Below, in pieces: positions 1-13,974 of a stretch of DNA of 64,000 nucleotides (positions are counted from its first letter, which is position 1; every line of letters begins with the position of its first letter). The notes under the pieces were generated by a model that was not told where the DNA came from, did not search any database, and saw only the letters and a program-made list of their open reading frames with translations. The DNA lies in NCBI GenBank assembly GCA_051942245.1, contig JAVECL010000005.1:1-64000 (forward strand), given 5' to 3'. The stretch comes from Trypethelium eluteriae. Taxonomy: Eukaryota. Both the position numbers and the translations under genes were made by a program.

Positions 1-3000
1 TTAGGGTGGTGTGGCTTGCCGACTCGCGACCGTGCAGGCCCTTTGCACCTTCTTTGCCCTTTTCGCCTCCGACTGCTCCCCCAGACCACCTGTATGTATA
101 CCGAGCAGTACCTACCTTACGGAGTACTCTGACTGCTGCCATTGTGCGCTCGGCCCTGCCTCTCGATCTCGCGCCTCTCATTGTTCATTGTGCAGGATTT
201 GTCTTCGTCGTCGTTCCAGACAGTCGGCCACCCTCCTGGTCTCTGCAAGCTCGTCAAACAAGGAGCAGGGAATCTTCCCATTGCTCGTGACATTGACAGG
301 TCGAGTCCGATGACGACTTCATGCAGGGAGCCGCAGGAGGGACCCCGCGACGACGGCAATTCTCCCTGATCGGGCATGCTACTTTGCCTGGCGAACCTGT
401 ACATAAACCAATTGGCCCGCCCTGCCATTGCTTTGCAAATTCCGATTCTGTACGTGCCATGATCTGACGCGGGAGAGTGTGCGTGCAGCGGCTTAACTAG
501 CTTTGCTGTCGCTTCGACTGCACCTCAACTACCTGCGGAGTACCTGTAGTTGCGTACCTAAGCTCAGCAGCATCCCTGGCATGTGAACTGTCTGGACCCT
601 CGCCAACCGCCAGACCTGTCGACATGCCCTGCCCCCCCCCCCCCCAAAAAAACCCCCAAGGAAATACATCGACGTGGCTCCTGCTCACCACCGAGCCAGA
701 GACTGGACTCGTGCCGTTCAATCTGACTGAAACAACTGGTCTATACGCGCAGACTCTCAAGCTCTCGGGCGCATTTGCCGGAGTCAACTCCGAATTCAAT
801 CCGAGTTGTTTTCGAAATCTTAAGAGTGCATCCCGTTCTCTGCCGCTGGTGCTTGCGCCGTGACATTTAGCCGCGCACCAGCTTCGCACCACACTCCCAC
901 CACCCTCCCACGGCTCTCCCACGCTTCTCAATCCTGGTACCGATGCGGAAACGTGAAAATTTCGCTGGGCCGTCATTTTATCCAGGGCGCAGTATTGGTT
1001 TTCACCACTTCTGACTCGCTACCGGCGCATATTGTCACTGGATTTTAAGCTTTTGTCCAGCTGGAACTGATTTCATTTCGCCTCCAAATATACAAGACGA
1101 ATGCGTGAGCATTTTCTCCCATTCGTCACACTCGCTCTTCCGGCAACATTGTCCGCGGAGTAGTTATCCCCCGTCACGGCCTAATCTGAACCTCGAAAAT
1201 GAGGCTGCTCCGCCAATCACGACCAAGGTAAAAATGCCATATTCTGGCCTCTCTCTCCAATGCACACCATTCAAGGTACCTGTTCTAGATCCGTTAACTT
1301 GGCAACATCGCGGAATCCGTAATTACGTCGAAGTTCTTAATGTTGGTACCAAGATACCTTTGCGGTGAAGAGACCCACGGTCGACTTTAGCCAAAAGTGT
1401 GTGCTCATCCATTCGGCGTCCTGCCAGATACGACGGATTGCCACAGATTGAAAGAGATCGCGGGCTTGAAGTGAGATTAAATCGAAAATTCGTGGCGATA
1501 CGCTGATTATTCCTGCCGATCAAGTCGATCCGAATCGATGGTCTCAACTGACTAATATTCCATACCTGTAGGTAGGCAAGGTTCGAGAGAGAGACGTGGC
1601 GCTTCCTTGCTTGAATTGCTGAATGCATTTTCGCCGTAATTATGCTATAGACTTTAGTCAGTGGTTGTCCTTAGCTACCGACTCATAATCGTCCATGCAA
1701 GCTATTGGAGGATATTGTACTCGATGCGTAAGCCACCTGTCAGGACATGAGGCACGTCGACTGCCACTCGAAATTGGCAAGAAAGACTGATAATTGAGCC
1801 ATCTTCTAAGAGTCTTGTCAGTAGTGTCTCTGTTCCTCAGTGGTGACATTGGAGTGTACGCGAATTGCGTATCAACGCAGATGACACACTCGTCAAACGC
1901 TTTCTCAACAGAAAATATGCCGCTGCGAAGCTCTGCTGAGCAACCACACTTCATGGGCAGCGGCAGACCTGTTGCAAATCATCTTCGACCCCCAGCCAAA
2001 GACATGTCAATTGGTAAGGCCAAACCTGCATATCTTTAGGTACGTATCTTGGCATGTGATCGTCACTCTGGCCGCAAAAAGAACCAGGATATTGGAACTC
2101 GTAACGCAAGCAGGGATCTCGTCTGTAGCAAGGATCCCCAGCCGATGGTGCACAGGCAGTGGCAGGCCAAAGCGGGATCCTAACGCCACGCGCTTCGAAC
2201 GTGTGGGGGCAGCCGACCCCAGCTCCAGAAGATCCCCACCGAGCATACGATGTTGATATGCATTGCGGACTTCATTCAGAACTCGAATCGAGAGAATTCA
2301 TGCCTAATTCCCCTACCTCCATCCACTTGTCTGGAACCTCTCAAGTCTGCATAGATGTCTCAGATGGAATGGCCTACCCATGAAAAGCCACACCTTCGCG
2401 AAAGCAAGAACCGCGCTAGCCGGTAAGGGCATTCCGAGAGTGAGGCCGAACGAAGCTGTCGCTGTTCCGTGCGTTTGGCCACGATAACTCGCCCACCGAG
2501 CAGCAGCAGCAGCAGTAACAGCAAGGCGATATTTACCTCCTCCAGTTTTTTTCGGCCGACCAGCGTCAGCTACCTTTGCTTTCTTCTTCCTCGTCTTCAT
2601 CATGTCTGCGCCTCGCGCATTGGACCGGTCTGACCGTCGCGCGCCCGGGCGAGTTGAGGGGAAGGATTGCAATGGAAGTCGTGTGCCTCGAACACGAGCG
2701 ATCAGACCAGCAGCTGCTCATGCCGGACTGGGTGGGGGACACGGCTGGGCGTGGGATGATGACGGCAACTCCGCACCCTTGGCTGAGCTCGACTCAAATG
2801 AGACCTGGGGAGAGGTTACGAATACGTAGGGAGACTAAAACCATCGCGTAGGCATGCTGCGCTCTTCCTACCCGGATCTTCCATTCGAGGTCTGCCGCGC
2901 CGATGCATCTCCATCGTCCTCGTCGTGCCTCCAACAATGACCATCCGTCGTTGCGCGTTAATGCCAGGAAGTGTGGGGGTTTGTCGTGACTAGTCTGGTA

Positions 3001-3927
3001 AGTACCAGGTAGCATGGTGGGTAGCCGGAATGAGACGGAGGGGAAGCTCTGGCGATGACCGTGATCGCATTAGTGAGGTCCCTTGGGCGCATCGGCCACC
3101 CTATATTCAAAATCGAGAGTGAGGGTGACGAAAAACTTCAATAACAACAAGGCGAGGCGTTGAGGGTGGTTAAATAGATCTGTTCTATAACGCAGCGTAA
3201 GATAGGCACCAACGGCTGCAGGCTTTTTTGTCAGCCTATCGGTCTTTTTTGTTGCACCTGTCGCACCAGAAAAAGCCCATTATCTTGATAGTCACTTTCC
3301 TATCTAAACCTTGTCCTATCCATTTACGCGCCTGCTTTGGTTATCAAGTGTCTCGGTGAAAGACATACAGTGTGATTGATCTGTCTCGGCGAATCTTTGT
3401 GAAAGAAGCAAGGATATGTCTCGGCGCCGGCCACTCTTCCGTTGCTTGCGGGCTTGTCCTTACCAGACCGAGTCTGAGACTCCTTTATCTTTGTCTGACG
3501 AGGAATACCAGCGCAGTGGTACGCTCCACACTTTTTGGATCTTCCCGGCACAGCTCCCGAACTAATATCCCTGTGAACCATCGCGCGTGTCTGATCGACC
3601 TGCTGTGGATGGCTTGCATAACCGCTGTAGCGCCGTTAGTAGGCAATGCTGTTGAGAGCGTTAATCAATAGACGCCTGCACGACAGGAAGGTATGATATG
3701 ATAGGCCCTGGCTCAGATCACCACTTACTTATTTGTCTTGTCTGCATCTGAAGTACATTTGTATTGCATACGGTGAAGACGAGAGGCATTCAAGGAGCAA
3801 TTGGTCGTCAAAGACGCAATGCCTTTCCAAAATTGCGTTATGCTACCCAGTTCTTTGCACATTCCTTCTGATCAAGGAGTTGGAGGCACACCTTCTTACT
3901 CCGACACGCCCTGACAACCCTCTCCTC

Positions 3928-5871
3928 TCAAGCGTCCGGCGCTCCAGGCAGCGGAGATACCTTAATTGAATCTGCATCAACGTGACTGTTCATTTGGTTG
4001 CCATTCGCTCGATCCTCTCTGTTGGTAATGCGAAACATCATATCCGTATGGAGAAAGAAACCAATGCACTTCTCGGCGAAGGGCTTGGTGGGGTTGACGG
4101 TTTGTAGGTCGAAGCGGAGCAGCATCTGGGCATCTTGTCATTAGGCAATGCAGAATATATCCAAGGGGAAGTACACTGCATGAGACGTGAAAAACAAAGA
4201 ATTTCCCCACTTACCTCAATTATCCCCTTATTCAACTCCATCATCGCCACTCCTCTACCCAAGCACCCGAACCTTCCATATCCAAAGACCAACCCCACAG
4301 TTTCCGTCATCCGCTCCAACCTCCTTTCCTCTCCTCCCTCTTCGTCTTTGTCTTGCCCGTCCGATTCTCTTGGAAGCCACCGCTCCGGTCTAAACACCTC
4401 AGCGTCCGGCCCAAAAATTCCTTGATTCCGCTGCAGCCCCCACGAATTCCATGCCACCCACGTGCCTCCTGGAGCAAACTTGCCTGGCTCGAGCTCCGCG
4501 CCTTCGGCCGGGACCTCCTTTGCGAGCAGACCGGTGACGGGCGGGTACATGCGGAGACCCTCCTTGATGCAGGCCTGCAGGTAGGGTAGCCGGCGAGCTT
4601 CAGCATCACGAATGATGGGGCGGGAGACGCGACCGATGGCTATTGCGGTGGTGATCTCGTCTAGTAGACGGGTATAAACCGCCGGGTTGGTCGTGATAAA
4701 GTAGAGAGTCATGCGGAGGGCGGAGGCGGTACTGTCCGAGCCGGCAGTGATTTGGGTAAGAGTTTCGGATTCAAGCTCGGCTTGCATCATGCCACGGGCG
4801 ATGAAAGAGCCAAGCATATCCTGGCGGACGATGGGCTTCGCGCCAAAGCGTTCTTCCACTCGTTCTTTGGCGAAGCCCATGACTCGGCCGAGTCCTCGCT
4901 TGTCGGTTGACTTTGGCAGGATGGCTCTGAAGATGGGGAGACGGAGAATCCTCTGTAATTCTGTGTAAGCGCCAAAGACGATGATTGCAGGGAGAAATTC
5001 CTTCAGATTGGCAATGTAACCAAAAGGGTCGCTATCTGATTTGAGAAATCCAAATTCTTGGCCGAAAGCAACCGTGGAAATGACATCCAGAGTGAAGTAC
5101 GTGATGATTCGAGAGAGATCTACAGGCCTGAAATTCTGAGCGGTTGAGGAATATTTCCGAGTAATTAGGTCGAAAAGATCGAGCAGCCTGTGATCAATGT
5201 CGCTTTCCATATGGGTATTTTCCTTTCCAGAGTACTATGCTCAAAACCATTAGCGGAACAGCGACACAGAAGTAAGAAAGTACTTACACCAGGGGACATA
5301 CGATTACGGATGTCAGAATGAACCGATTCATCTGTTACCGAGGTTATGTTATCTCTTGTAGGGTGGAGTCTTAACGCCGTGTACCACTCGCTTCTTTTGA
5401 AAGGACTCCGCACAGCGTTCATTCTTTTGATTAACTCCGCGTCTCTAGTAATGAGCATGTGTGGCGCAATCCGAGCTGTGGGCCCTGTTCATCTTCTAAA
5501 TTAGGCTGGCATCCTTTAGAGAAGGCTTGACACAATCGAGCTTTCCTGCAGGGTGAAAAACCGGCAGGACTTCAGCATGGGTACCAGTCTTCGGTAGGTG
5601 CTTGAGAATTTGATCAAACGATAGTGGTCGAGGCCCTTTGATCGTTGATAATTCGAGGAGAGAGACGCCCACCGTATTTGTCATTGACTACAGTAAAGAT
5701 GGTATTCATTTTACCCGAGCTATTGGCCCACAGAAGCCAGAGTCGAGAGTATTTGGTGCTCCATTCTCCACCGAAGTTCTGGAGCGCCTCTGCCTGGCGT
5801 AGAGTACGACAGATGAAAAAGGTGACCGCAGACAGAAGTACAAGAACTAAGGCAGACAAGACAGAGAGCAT
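3928..5871 (-). CDS. Cytochrome P450 (pisatin demethylase-like group), 4 exons
   Basis: N-terminal hydrophobic anchor MLSVLSALVLVLLSAVTFF; I-helix AGSDSTA; ExxR (EGLR); PERW; heme motif FGYGRFGCLG. GT-AG introns join ORFs 5614-5892, 5165-5458, 4038-5210 and 3928-4125. Confidence 0.93.
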
Positions 5872-7102
5872 CTCTGCAGCGCAGGCGCCCACTACGAAGA
5901 ATCAGTTTGCGCGGGTGAAGGAGGAAGGTAGCATGCCAAGGCAATGGAAAGTGATGCTTGAACAGCGAAGTGTCTTAATCAAGGTCCGGATAGATTCTCC
6001 AGCCATCTACAACTCCAGCTACCTACTTGGCATCTTCCCATGCCATCGCCTGTCTGGGCAAAGCACCCTTGAGGGTAGCCAAGCCAAACTCGGCATCGTT
6101 CGCGTACAACTATTCGGTAGCATAGAAGGTGTTAGTGCGACTCAGTGCAGAAGGTTCGGATGTCGTCATTGTGTATTTTATCGCTCTTGGTTTGTGCGAT
6201 ATGGAATAATTTTATACGACGTGGCTGGGTATTCCCAAGATGTTGAAGGGCTGAAAGAACATTAAATCATTCAGTACCGATAGTTCGTACTCGGTATGGG
6301 ATAAGGTGCAGCACTCCGTACCTTAGGGTGCCTGGGAAGTTGGAACGCCCGAGGCTTAGGTAGAAACTCCGAAAGTAAGAGTCATCCGCCTCAAATGTTA
6401 GTCATTCTCGGACCTTCCACTACCATAACAATCCCCTCTCGCCATCCAGAGGCAAATGGACAAAGTTAGATATAGATAGGTCAGAGTCGGCTCTCAACGG
6501 ACCTCAGAGAAGACCTTGCTCCTGTCTTCTCATGGCAGCGTCGTCCGGTCGGCTGACATTGTGACTCCAAGCATGGCTTACCACGCCCTACCCTATTTCG
6601 CGAATATCTTCAACACAGCCGCAACGATGCAAATCAGCACATCTTGTCCTTGTTCGGTGTCCATATCGAGTTGCAACCATTCCCCATCCAAACACCATGA
6701 CGTTTCAGTATCGTCGTCGGTACGGTCCGGTATTTTGCTGCCTTGAGCGCCACTATCCCTTGTAGGTAGGCCTCCATACGCGTCCAAATCGACAACATGG
6801 GAATCGCGAGTGACTCAGTCATCGTCAGCGTAATTTCCCATTGGGTTCAAGAGATCCCGTTTGTCCCTTCCACTGTTACACCTACGCAATGTAGTCAATT
6901 CTACGTGCAATGGACATACTTCATTCGCCGTAACAACTCGTCACTATTTTCGTCACTTCCGCCTTTCCGCTTCGTCTTCTCAACCCATCACTCTTCCTCA
7001 ATTTTCGAATTTGTAGATCAATGACATGGTAGAGCTACCAAACTATCATACAATCGTGCTCCTTGCCCAACATACTCTCAATCGTTTGAACACTACCTTA
7101 CC

Positions 7103-7717
7103 ATGCCTCGCCCTGTATTCCTCATACTCCTCTCCCCTCCTCCCGAGGACGACCGTCCTCATCACTGGTCCCTCTTCGTTCCCGAACCAGGTCGCCCTTC
7201 CTCCGGCAAGTATATCACCCTTGGACGGAGCTCTCTCTCAGGCTCAGGCGCCTACTTCCGCATCTATAAGCACGGCTATGATCTCGACGCATTGTCTCCG
7301 GCTCCAATCGCGGGAAGCGCAGATGATAGCAGAGGGCAAGGAGCAAGTGAGGAAGAACAGCAGCAGACGCGACGGAATCTACCGAATTTCGAGCGGCTAT
7401 ATTTAGGCTCTGTGCCGGATGCGTGGGTGGTGGATTTGGTGTGCAACGATCAAAGCACAGGGGCAGACGAGGCTGATGACATTTTTGTTGTCGAGGCAGA
7501 GAGGGTGGACGTGCCAGCGTGGGTATCAAGAGGAGAGAGCCTGGTATGCTTTCTCGATTCCATTGCATGCCTACGTCTTGTCGACTAGATATGCTGATTA
7601 AAGAATTAGCAACGTGCTAGCCAGTCGTGGATCGCCGCCTTCATCCGACGATTGATTGAGGTGGGAATCCTATCAATTAGCGCGCATAATGTGGTGGAGA
7701 ATGCTTACGGCAAGTAA
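7103..7717 (+). CDS. Hypothetical protein (~182 aa), 2 exons
   Basis: ORF MPRPVFLILLSPPPEDDRPHHWSLFVP; intron 7544-7609 (GTATGC...GCTGAT...TAG) splices in frame to QRASQSWIAAFIRRLIEVGIL...GK*. The HWSLFVP/QSWI pattern resembles small fungal hypothetical proteins. Confidence 0.65.
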
Positions 7718-8086
7718 AAGCAAGACATACAGGATTGATCGCTGGGGTACACGAGGATATGTGACACGGAGTCTTCTGCGTGAGAAATTTTAGAACAAAA
7801 GCATTAGTCAGGGGGACAGCAGCCAGTCCATTCGTTGTTCTCAATCAGTCAACCTGACGTCTTGGAAAAATTGTATCAATTGTAATATAGAGCATAGAAG
7901 CAAGCATACATTTCGTACATGATCGCCCTGGCATTCCGTCAGATCTCCCGTTTCAGATGCCCATGTAGATTTCTCAGAAGCCAGTGCAGCTAACCCATCA
8001 GCTCGTCATATCATCGCTCATTATCCATCCATATTTCCACGGACGTCATAGTTTCCTTTGCGTCCTCGCGTATTCTCATGAAGTCA

Positions 8087-10600
8087 TCATAGCTCGTCCA
8101 CGATCCTGAGCCCTATCTCGCCGAAATCTTCCTCCTGATCAACCCTCACCAGCGTCGTGCTCGCCAGACTCAACACATGCAGCAGGCCCGACGCAGCCAC
8201 GAGCCTTGTATTTCTTTCCGGCGGTAACAGCTCCTCAAACGTTATCCTCACATCCCCAGCGCGTATTGGTTCTTCTTCATACTGCTCCCGATCCTGTATA
8301 TGTCCCGCGACGGCCACCTTTACAAATTCAAGGAAATTGGCACTCTCGGCATCCAGTGCAGCTTGCACCCATTGTGACGTCGCTGCCGTCTGGGTATCAA
8401 CCGCCGCGCCCAGCCCGTACAGCTCGAACTCTGGGTGAACGCCACTCATGGTCTGAAGTTCTGCTTCTTCCCCACCAGCACCAGCATCTGTGGAGGTAAG
8501 GAATCTAGGCTGGTCTTCACCTACTGGCTGTGCGGGTTCTTCTTGACTCACGACGGCGGCAAGGGATGGGTCGAGCGGGAGACCAAGACCCCGACCCACG
8601 AGAGGGCTTGCGCTGACGATGCGGCTACCAGCTCGGCTTCGGCTTCGGCTTCTCGGGCGACCAAGGCTTCCAGGTCTGGCACCTACGGATGATGGACCAC
8701 CTGCGGAAGACAGACCTACGGCTGCAGTGAATGGACCCGGACCAGCGGAGCGGGCAGCGGAAGAGTGGCGGAGAGACGCGGTGACATTCCAGGGCATGGT
8801 GTCGGACAGGTGGGCATCGAGGGCTGAGGGTGCCTCTCGCGCGAGTTCAATGTCCTCATCACCACCGAGACGAAGCACTTCCTCAATCTCCATTGGCTCG
8901 CCACGACCAAGATCTTCGTCTTCATCGTAGCGTGCGCGAACTCGGCGGCTGTTGGCGTCTAGGTCCTCGCCTTCGTCTGGTTCAGTGTCTTCTGTCTCGT
9001 GGCGGCGTTTAATCCCTGTAGCACCTTCCCATAATCCTGCTCCACTGAATAATTCAGCCAAAATGGGATTTCGGACAAGTCGGTCGCGTCCGAATCCCCA
9101 TCCTACATTCCCGAGTCCCCGTTCGATAACCCACAGCTCTGCATTTTGCTTGGCTTGCCTGGCAGATTTAGCCGCCTCTTTTCGTTCTTTGGCTGCTTGC
9201 ATATTGGTAGGGTATTCGGTATTCCAGCGTACGAGATCAGCGTTACGTAATTCGAGAACGGCGTCGGGGGGAAGTGGCTTCTGTCGACGGCGGCGACGCT
9301 GAGGCACTCGTACTTCGGAAGAGGATTCCTCGTACTCTTCGAACGTCGTTGACGAAGGGCGATTTACCCGTCCTGCAGAAGGCGTAACCCCCACTGAGAA
9401 TAGTTTTGCATCAGATGGAAGTGCATAGTCGTCTACCGCTGGAAGCTGCATATCTTCGCTTGTAGCGCGTGACAACGGAATGTCGTCTTGCCGAGAATTG
9501 GGATCATTCCAAACCCTGGAAGCTCGACTTACTTGAGGATCCATACGCTCCATATGTATCGGTCGAGCATGCGCGCTTGGAGCAGCATCACTCGGAAGTC
9601 GAGGCACTGGAGTCGAAGGCAGTCCCCGAGAACGTGCATCAGAAGGACGCGTCTGTTCCGCCGCCGCGAACTCAATGAGATTTCCTTCCGCATCAATAGT
9701 AAATTCAGGCTCCGGCAGGAAACCCTCCTCCTCCGCCTCACGCTGTAGCACATCGCTTGGGCGTGGAGCAATCAATTCCGGTCCATCGTCGCCTTGAAGG
9801 TTGATACCGCTAGTCTCAACCGGGCCGCCGAATGAGGAGGATGGAATATCGAGACCGCCGACGAAACTACTGAGTGAGGATTTGCTGGGCTCGGTCATTA
9901 GTGTAGTGGGCGATAGAATACTGCTCGATCGGAGAGGAGCGGTTGAGGTAGAGAATTCGAAGAGCGCAGCGTCGAGATCACGGCTAGTAATAGTCATATC
10001 TGGCAGAAACGCTGGATCATCTGAAAGAGTGAGCTGCTCTGGCCTGTCCTATGGTTAGCAGCAACACTTCAGAGAAGTGGCAAGGAGGGGACAAGACCTA
10101 GCCTTCCTTGCTTGAGGATCCAGCTGGGCCGTTTGCACGACTCTCAATAGCGTTCGTATATTCTGCTGCGCACTCTGCGCGTCCGCAAGCACGTATGTAC
10201 ATTGCTGCGAGTAGACACGCGAGACGCCGTAGCTAGGGAAATTGAAGATCAGCAGGCGTTAGGAAACGTATCATACGGAACAGTCTCACAGGAGGTTGCT
10301 CTGCAAACGTAGCGCCATGGGTGCTTCTGGCATGACAATAGTCTCGCATGCTTTCTTGACGTTGACGGCTTGTATGTCCTTGCGGTTCACTTTGCGTAGG
10401 GAAGACCTGGAACCAAGTGTCGCAACAAGCCTACATTCGTCAGAAAAACGGCCAAGCATACCATGAGTAGGGCTAACCAGATTGTTGCAACACCATATTT
10501 GCGCGAAGTCAGAACTGTGAGGTGCATGAAGATTAGCAGCAACGATTTGCAGAGAGCGAGGTGAGTGTGGGTAACGCGTACCTTCGTGGCTGTAGAACAT
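8087..10600 (-). CDS. REC8: Meiotic cohesin kleisin Rec8 (Rad21/Rec8 family), multi-exon
   Basis: Spliced N-terminus MFYSHE-VLTSRKYGVATIW-LVATLG...MALRLQSNLL-YGVSRVY is the kleisin N-domain; C-terminal winged-helix-like FEELLPPERNTRLVAASGLLHVLSLA...QEEDFGEI. The MFYSHE start matches Rec8 rather than Rad21 of filamentous fungi. Confidence 0.88.
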
Positions 10601-11053
10601 GACTCATGTACAAGTGCGAGGAAAGGTCATAGTAATGAAGATAGCGGAAACAGATGAATGCCTCCTGACAGAGAATGAGATGCTAAATACCGAGGCAGTG
10701 ATTTTGGGAGGACAAAGAGAGAGAGAGAGAGAGGTGGCAAGTATCACGTCCATAACGCGTGACGACACACAAGAGCTCAACACGCCGTATCTGTCACATC
10801 TTTTTCTAACACACTTCACCAAAAAATGGCCTTACAAATGAATGCTGAATCATTGTTTTCCAAAAAAAAACTCGAGAAGGATTACCGGGAAAGTCTTTCA
10901 ATACTTATTCTCTATCCATTCGTTGCATAATAATGACCCAGTGCTACTTAGTCTATCAGATGGGCAAGTTCCGGATGCAATGCTTTCGTCTACATGATCA
11001 TAAGACGTATGATTGTAGAGTACCCCTGCTGGCACCGTGGTGAGTTGAATATT

Positions 11054-12949
11054 TTATGAGGAATCTGAGAGCTTTGTCTTCTCTGGCTCCAAACTTGGCG
11101 GCTCAACTGCTCGATACAACAAGATGAGTGCGGAATGAGTCTCGCCTAGCAGTCATTAGCTCTGGTAACGTATTGCCTGAGTCTCTACGTCTCTGATAAC
11201 TCACCACCCCCGGACAATGTCTCAATCTTCTCCGCTTCGACCTCGCTCACTTTATCGTCATTGAACCACCACCACCGGCCATCTTCCTCCTTTCGCTTGC
11301 CAGTTGCAGGATCCTTGGCCCCCTCCTTCTTAACATAGCTTGTGTAATGTCCACTGTCCGCGCTTGCACCCTGATGTGTAATCACGCCTCTCAGCTCATA
11401 GAGGCCTGTTTGATTACCACCAACGTCTTGTTGAAGCTTTGGATCAATGAGTGCGAGGAGCTCTTTTTTAGCCGCCAGAATCGAAGCTGCACGTTCAGCC
11501 TCAATCTGTGCATCAGTCTTGTAGTCCACATCCGCCATCTCCGCATCGCCGTCCCTCTTTCCCGACTCCTTCATGTTCTCCGACTTCGCCTTTGCCAATG
11601 TGTTCTCACTTGCAGGCCCTTTCCCCTTAGTCTCGACCGCAACGGCATCCTCCTGCTCCTTCTGCATCCGCTTCTGCCTCTTCTTTGCGCGCTCTACGTC
11701 CTCAACTTCTTTTCGCACATCACGCATCTTATCGCGCACTGGAACAAGGAGTTTTCTCATGTCATCGGTACAAAATTCCACCACGTCGAATTCATGCGGA
11801 AACGTGACCTTCCGGAGGATTTTGGTCTTTTTATTTATATCTCTGCGCCAATGAAACCGCACAAAGTGCACAGGAAGGTATTTGGGGAGCCGAGCGATGC
11901 GAGAGGTCTTGGTGTACATGGCATTCCGGCCGAGAGTAGGTGAGTTCTTTTCAATCTGTTCGGCCAATGCTTCGACAACTCCATCTCTCAAGTGATTAGT
12001 CTCCTTGCTAATGTGGCAGTCGAGTTTGAAGAATGAGTCTGTTGATGTTGTAGGCTCTTCATCCTTCTCCTTTGCCTCGGGCTCATCACATTCCATGACA
12101 GCTTCAAATTTGCCAGCCAGATATTGGTCAATGAAGGATGCCTCCTGTTGTGACTGCTGTGACGACGATTCTCCTGCCGTCTCGTTCTCTTTGATCTTTA
12201 GCTTTTGCCGTAGCTGCGAGACAATCTGTGACCAAGCTTCCTCAGCGTCTTGCTGGGCAAATCCGTGGCCATCTTTGGCTCGTTGTGCAAATTGCGGGAA
12301 TGCGGTGCGTAATGCATTGAGAAACATGAGCGGGGGAAAGCCCTCCTGTGTCTCCGACATCTGCTTGTAAAGATCTCGTAGCGAAGCGGTGAGATCCATC
12401 GAGGCACCAATTCCGTCCAGACCAAATGCGCTCGAAAAGGCGCCGCTGGGTCCAGGTGGACCACCGGCACTCGCCTTATATAATTTGAGCTCCTCCTGCA
12501 ACTCGGGTATGGCGCGAAGTGTCTGCAAGGTCGAATTCATGTAACACGTATTTCCCAGATTTTGCAGTCCAGCGGGCGTGGCTCCCTCCTGCTGCGCCTG
12601 TTCGGCCTCCGACATATCTTCCAGAAATCGAATCTTCTCCTTCGGTGCCTGGACAGTGCCAGTCGCGCCGGATGGGGTACCCATCATCATGAATGTGTGC
12701 CCTGGCTTTACCCCCAGCTTTCCCAGATCCGTGTCATCTTTGAGCTGGCCGCCTTTCACCAAAATTTTCTGACGTTCTGGTTCAACGCCGGTCAAGGAGA
12801 AGAGCTGGTATTTGAAAGTCTCGCCAGTGGAAGTCGTGTCGAGTTCGACATCATGTCTCTTGCCTTGGTGCTTTACGACAACTAAGCGCGATTCTGTTAA
12901 TAGACGAGTTTCGTAGAGATCTGGTATGCATACCCGGGATCGAAGACAT
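11054..12949 (-). CDS. UBP6: Proteasome-associated ubiquitin C-terminal hydrolase Ubp6/USP14
   Basis: UBL domain (TGVEPERQKILVKGG), Cys box GLQNLGNTCYMNS, QQDAEE, His box HQGASADSGHY, WWWFNDDKVS. Short first exon MSSIP; last exon ETHSALILLYR...DSS*. Confidence 0.95.
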
Positions 12950-13206
12950 TGTCAAAAGATGTCGTAGCGCAGGTCGACCGTAGAAAAAAGGAAGAAAGAG
13001 GTAAGGTAGGAAAAAAAAGGTTCGCCTTGGTCTGGATACAAGATACAGCGGTGACGCGACTTCGGTGGCGCCTGGTGACGGAACCTTCCAGGGGCCAAAG
13101 GTGGGATGGCCGAACCTCACCACCGCCGTCCTGCCATACCGTTGCACCCAAACCCCGACCAGAAATTGGAGCTTAGAGTTGCCTCTCCGGGATATATGAG
13201 ACAATC

Positions 13207-13974
13207 ATGGTAACCTTACAAATGCCATCTTTAGTTTTCTGACCATGAGCTAATCAACCTATTCCACAGTCCCAGTCCCTCCGCCCATATCTCCAATGTG
13301 TGCGCAGTACGCTGACGGCCGCCCTTTCGCTTTCCAACTTTGCCTCGCAAGCCTCTGAACGACACAATGTGCCCGAGATAGAAGCTGCGTCTTCTCCTGA
13401 ACTACTGCTCAACCCTCTGACAGTGTCACGGAATGAGAATGAGAAGGTCCTCGTAGAACCCAGCGTGAATAGCGTGCGGGTCTCGATCAGGATCAAACAA
13501 GCGGACGAGATTGAGAATATTCTGGTCCACAAGTTCACGCGATTTTTGACTCAGAGGGCGGAGGCATTCTTCGTGCTGAGGAGGAAGCCTGTCAAGGTAT
13601 GTCAGATCTTGTTGACCTACCGCATGATTGGTCTGTATAGGACCACGATACTGATTATGTATAGGGCTATGATATCTCATTTCTAATCACCAATTTCCAC
13701 ACTGAGCAGATGCTGAAACACAAGCTGGTGGATTTTATAATCCAATTCATGGAGGAGGTGGATAAAGAGATTTCTGAGATGAAGTTATTTGTACGTTCCA
13801 CGATTTCACAGGCGAGATATCAATCTAAGGTTATACGCTTAGAGACATTGCTGACACGCGCCTTAGCTGAATGCAAGAGCTAGATTTGTGGCAGAGTCCT
13901 TTCTAACTCCGGTACGTTCGGTATGACGCCGATATTTTCTTAACGGATACTGAAATGGTCTCTAGTTCGACTGA
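13207..13974 (+). CDS. ARC19: Arp2/3 complex 20 kDa subunit (ARPC4), 5 coding exons
   Basis: ATG|intron|[15 protein letters not shown]...[34 protein letters not shown]...[16 protein letters not shown]...[17 protein letters not shown]. Confidence 0.96.

Noticed and set aside
1..6. TTAGGG at the window start
   Set aside because: Single unit, not a telomeric array.
5645..6265. 206-aa plus-strand ORF
   Set aside because: Partly antisense to P450 exon 1; no domain features.
6516..6850. Short ORFs including WCLDGEWLQLD
   Set aside because: Short, interrupted by stops, no recognisable family or convincing splice model.
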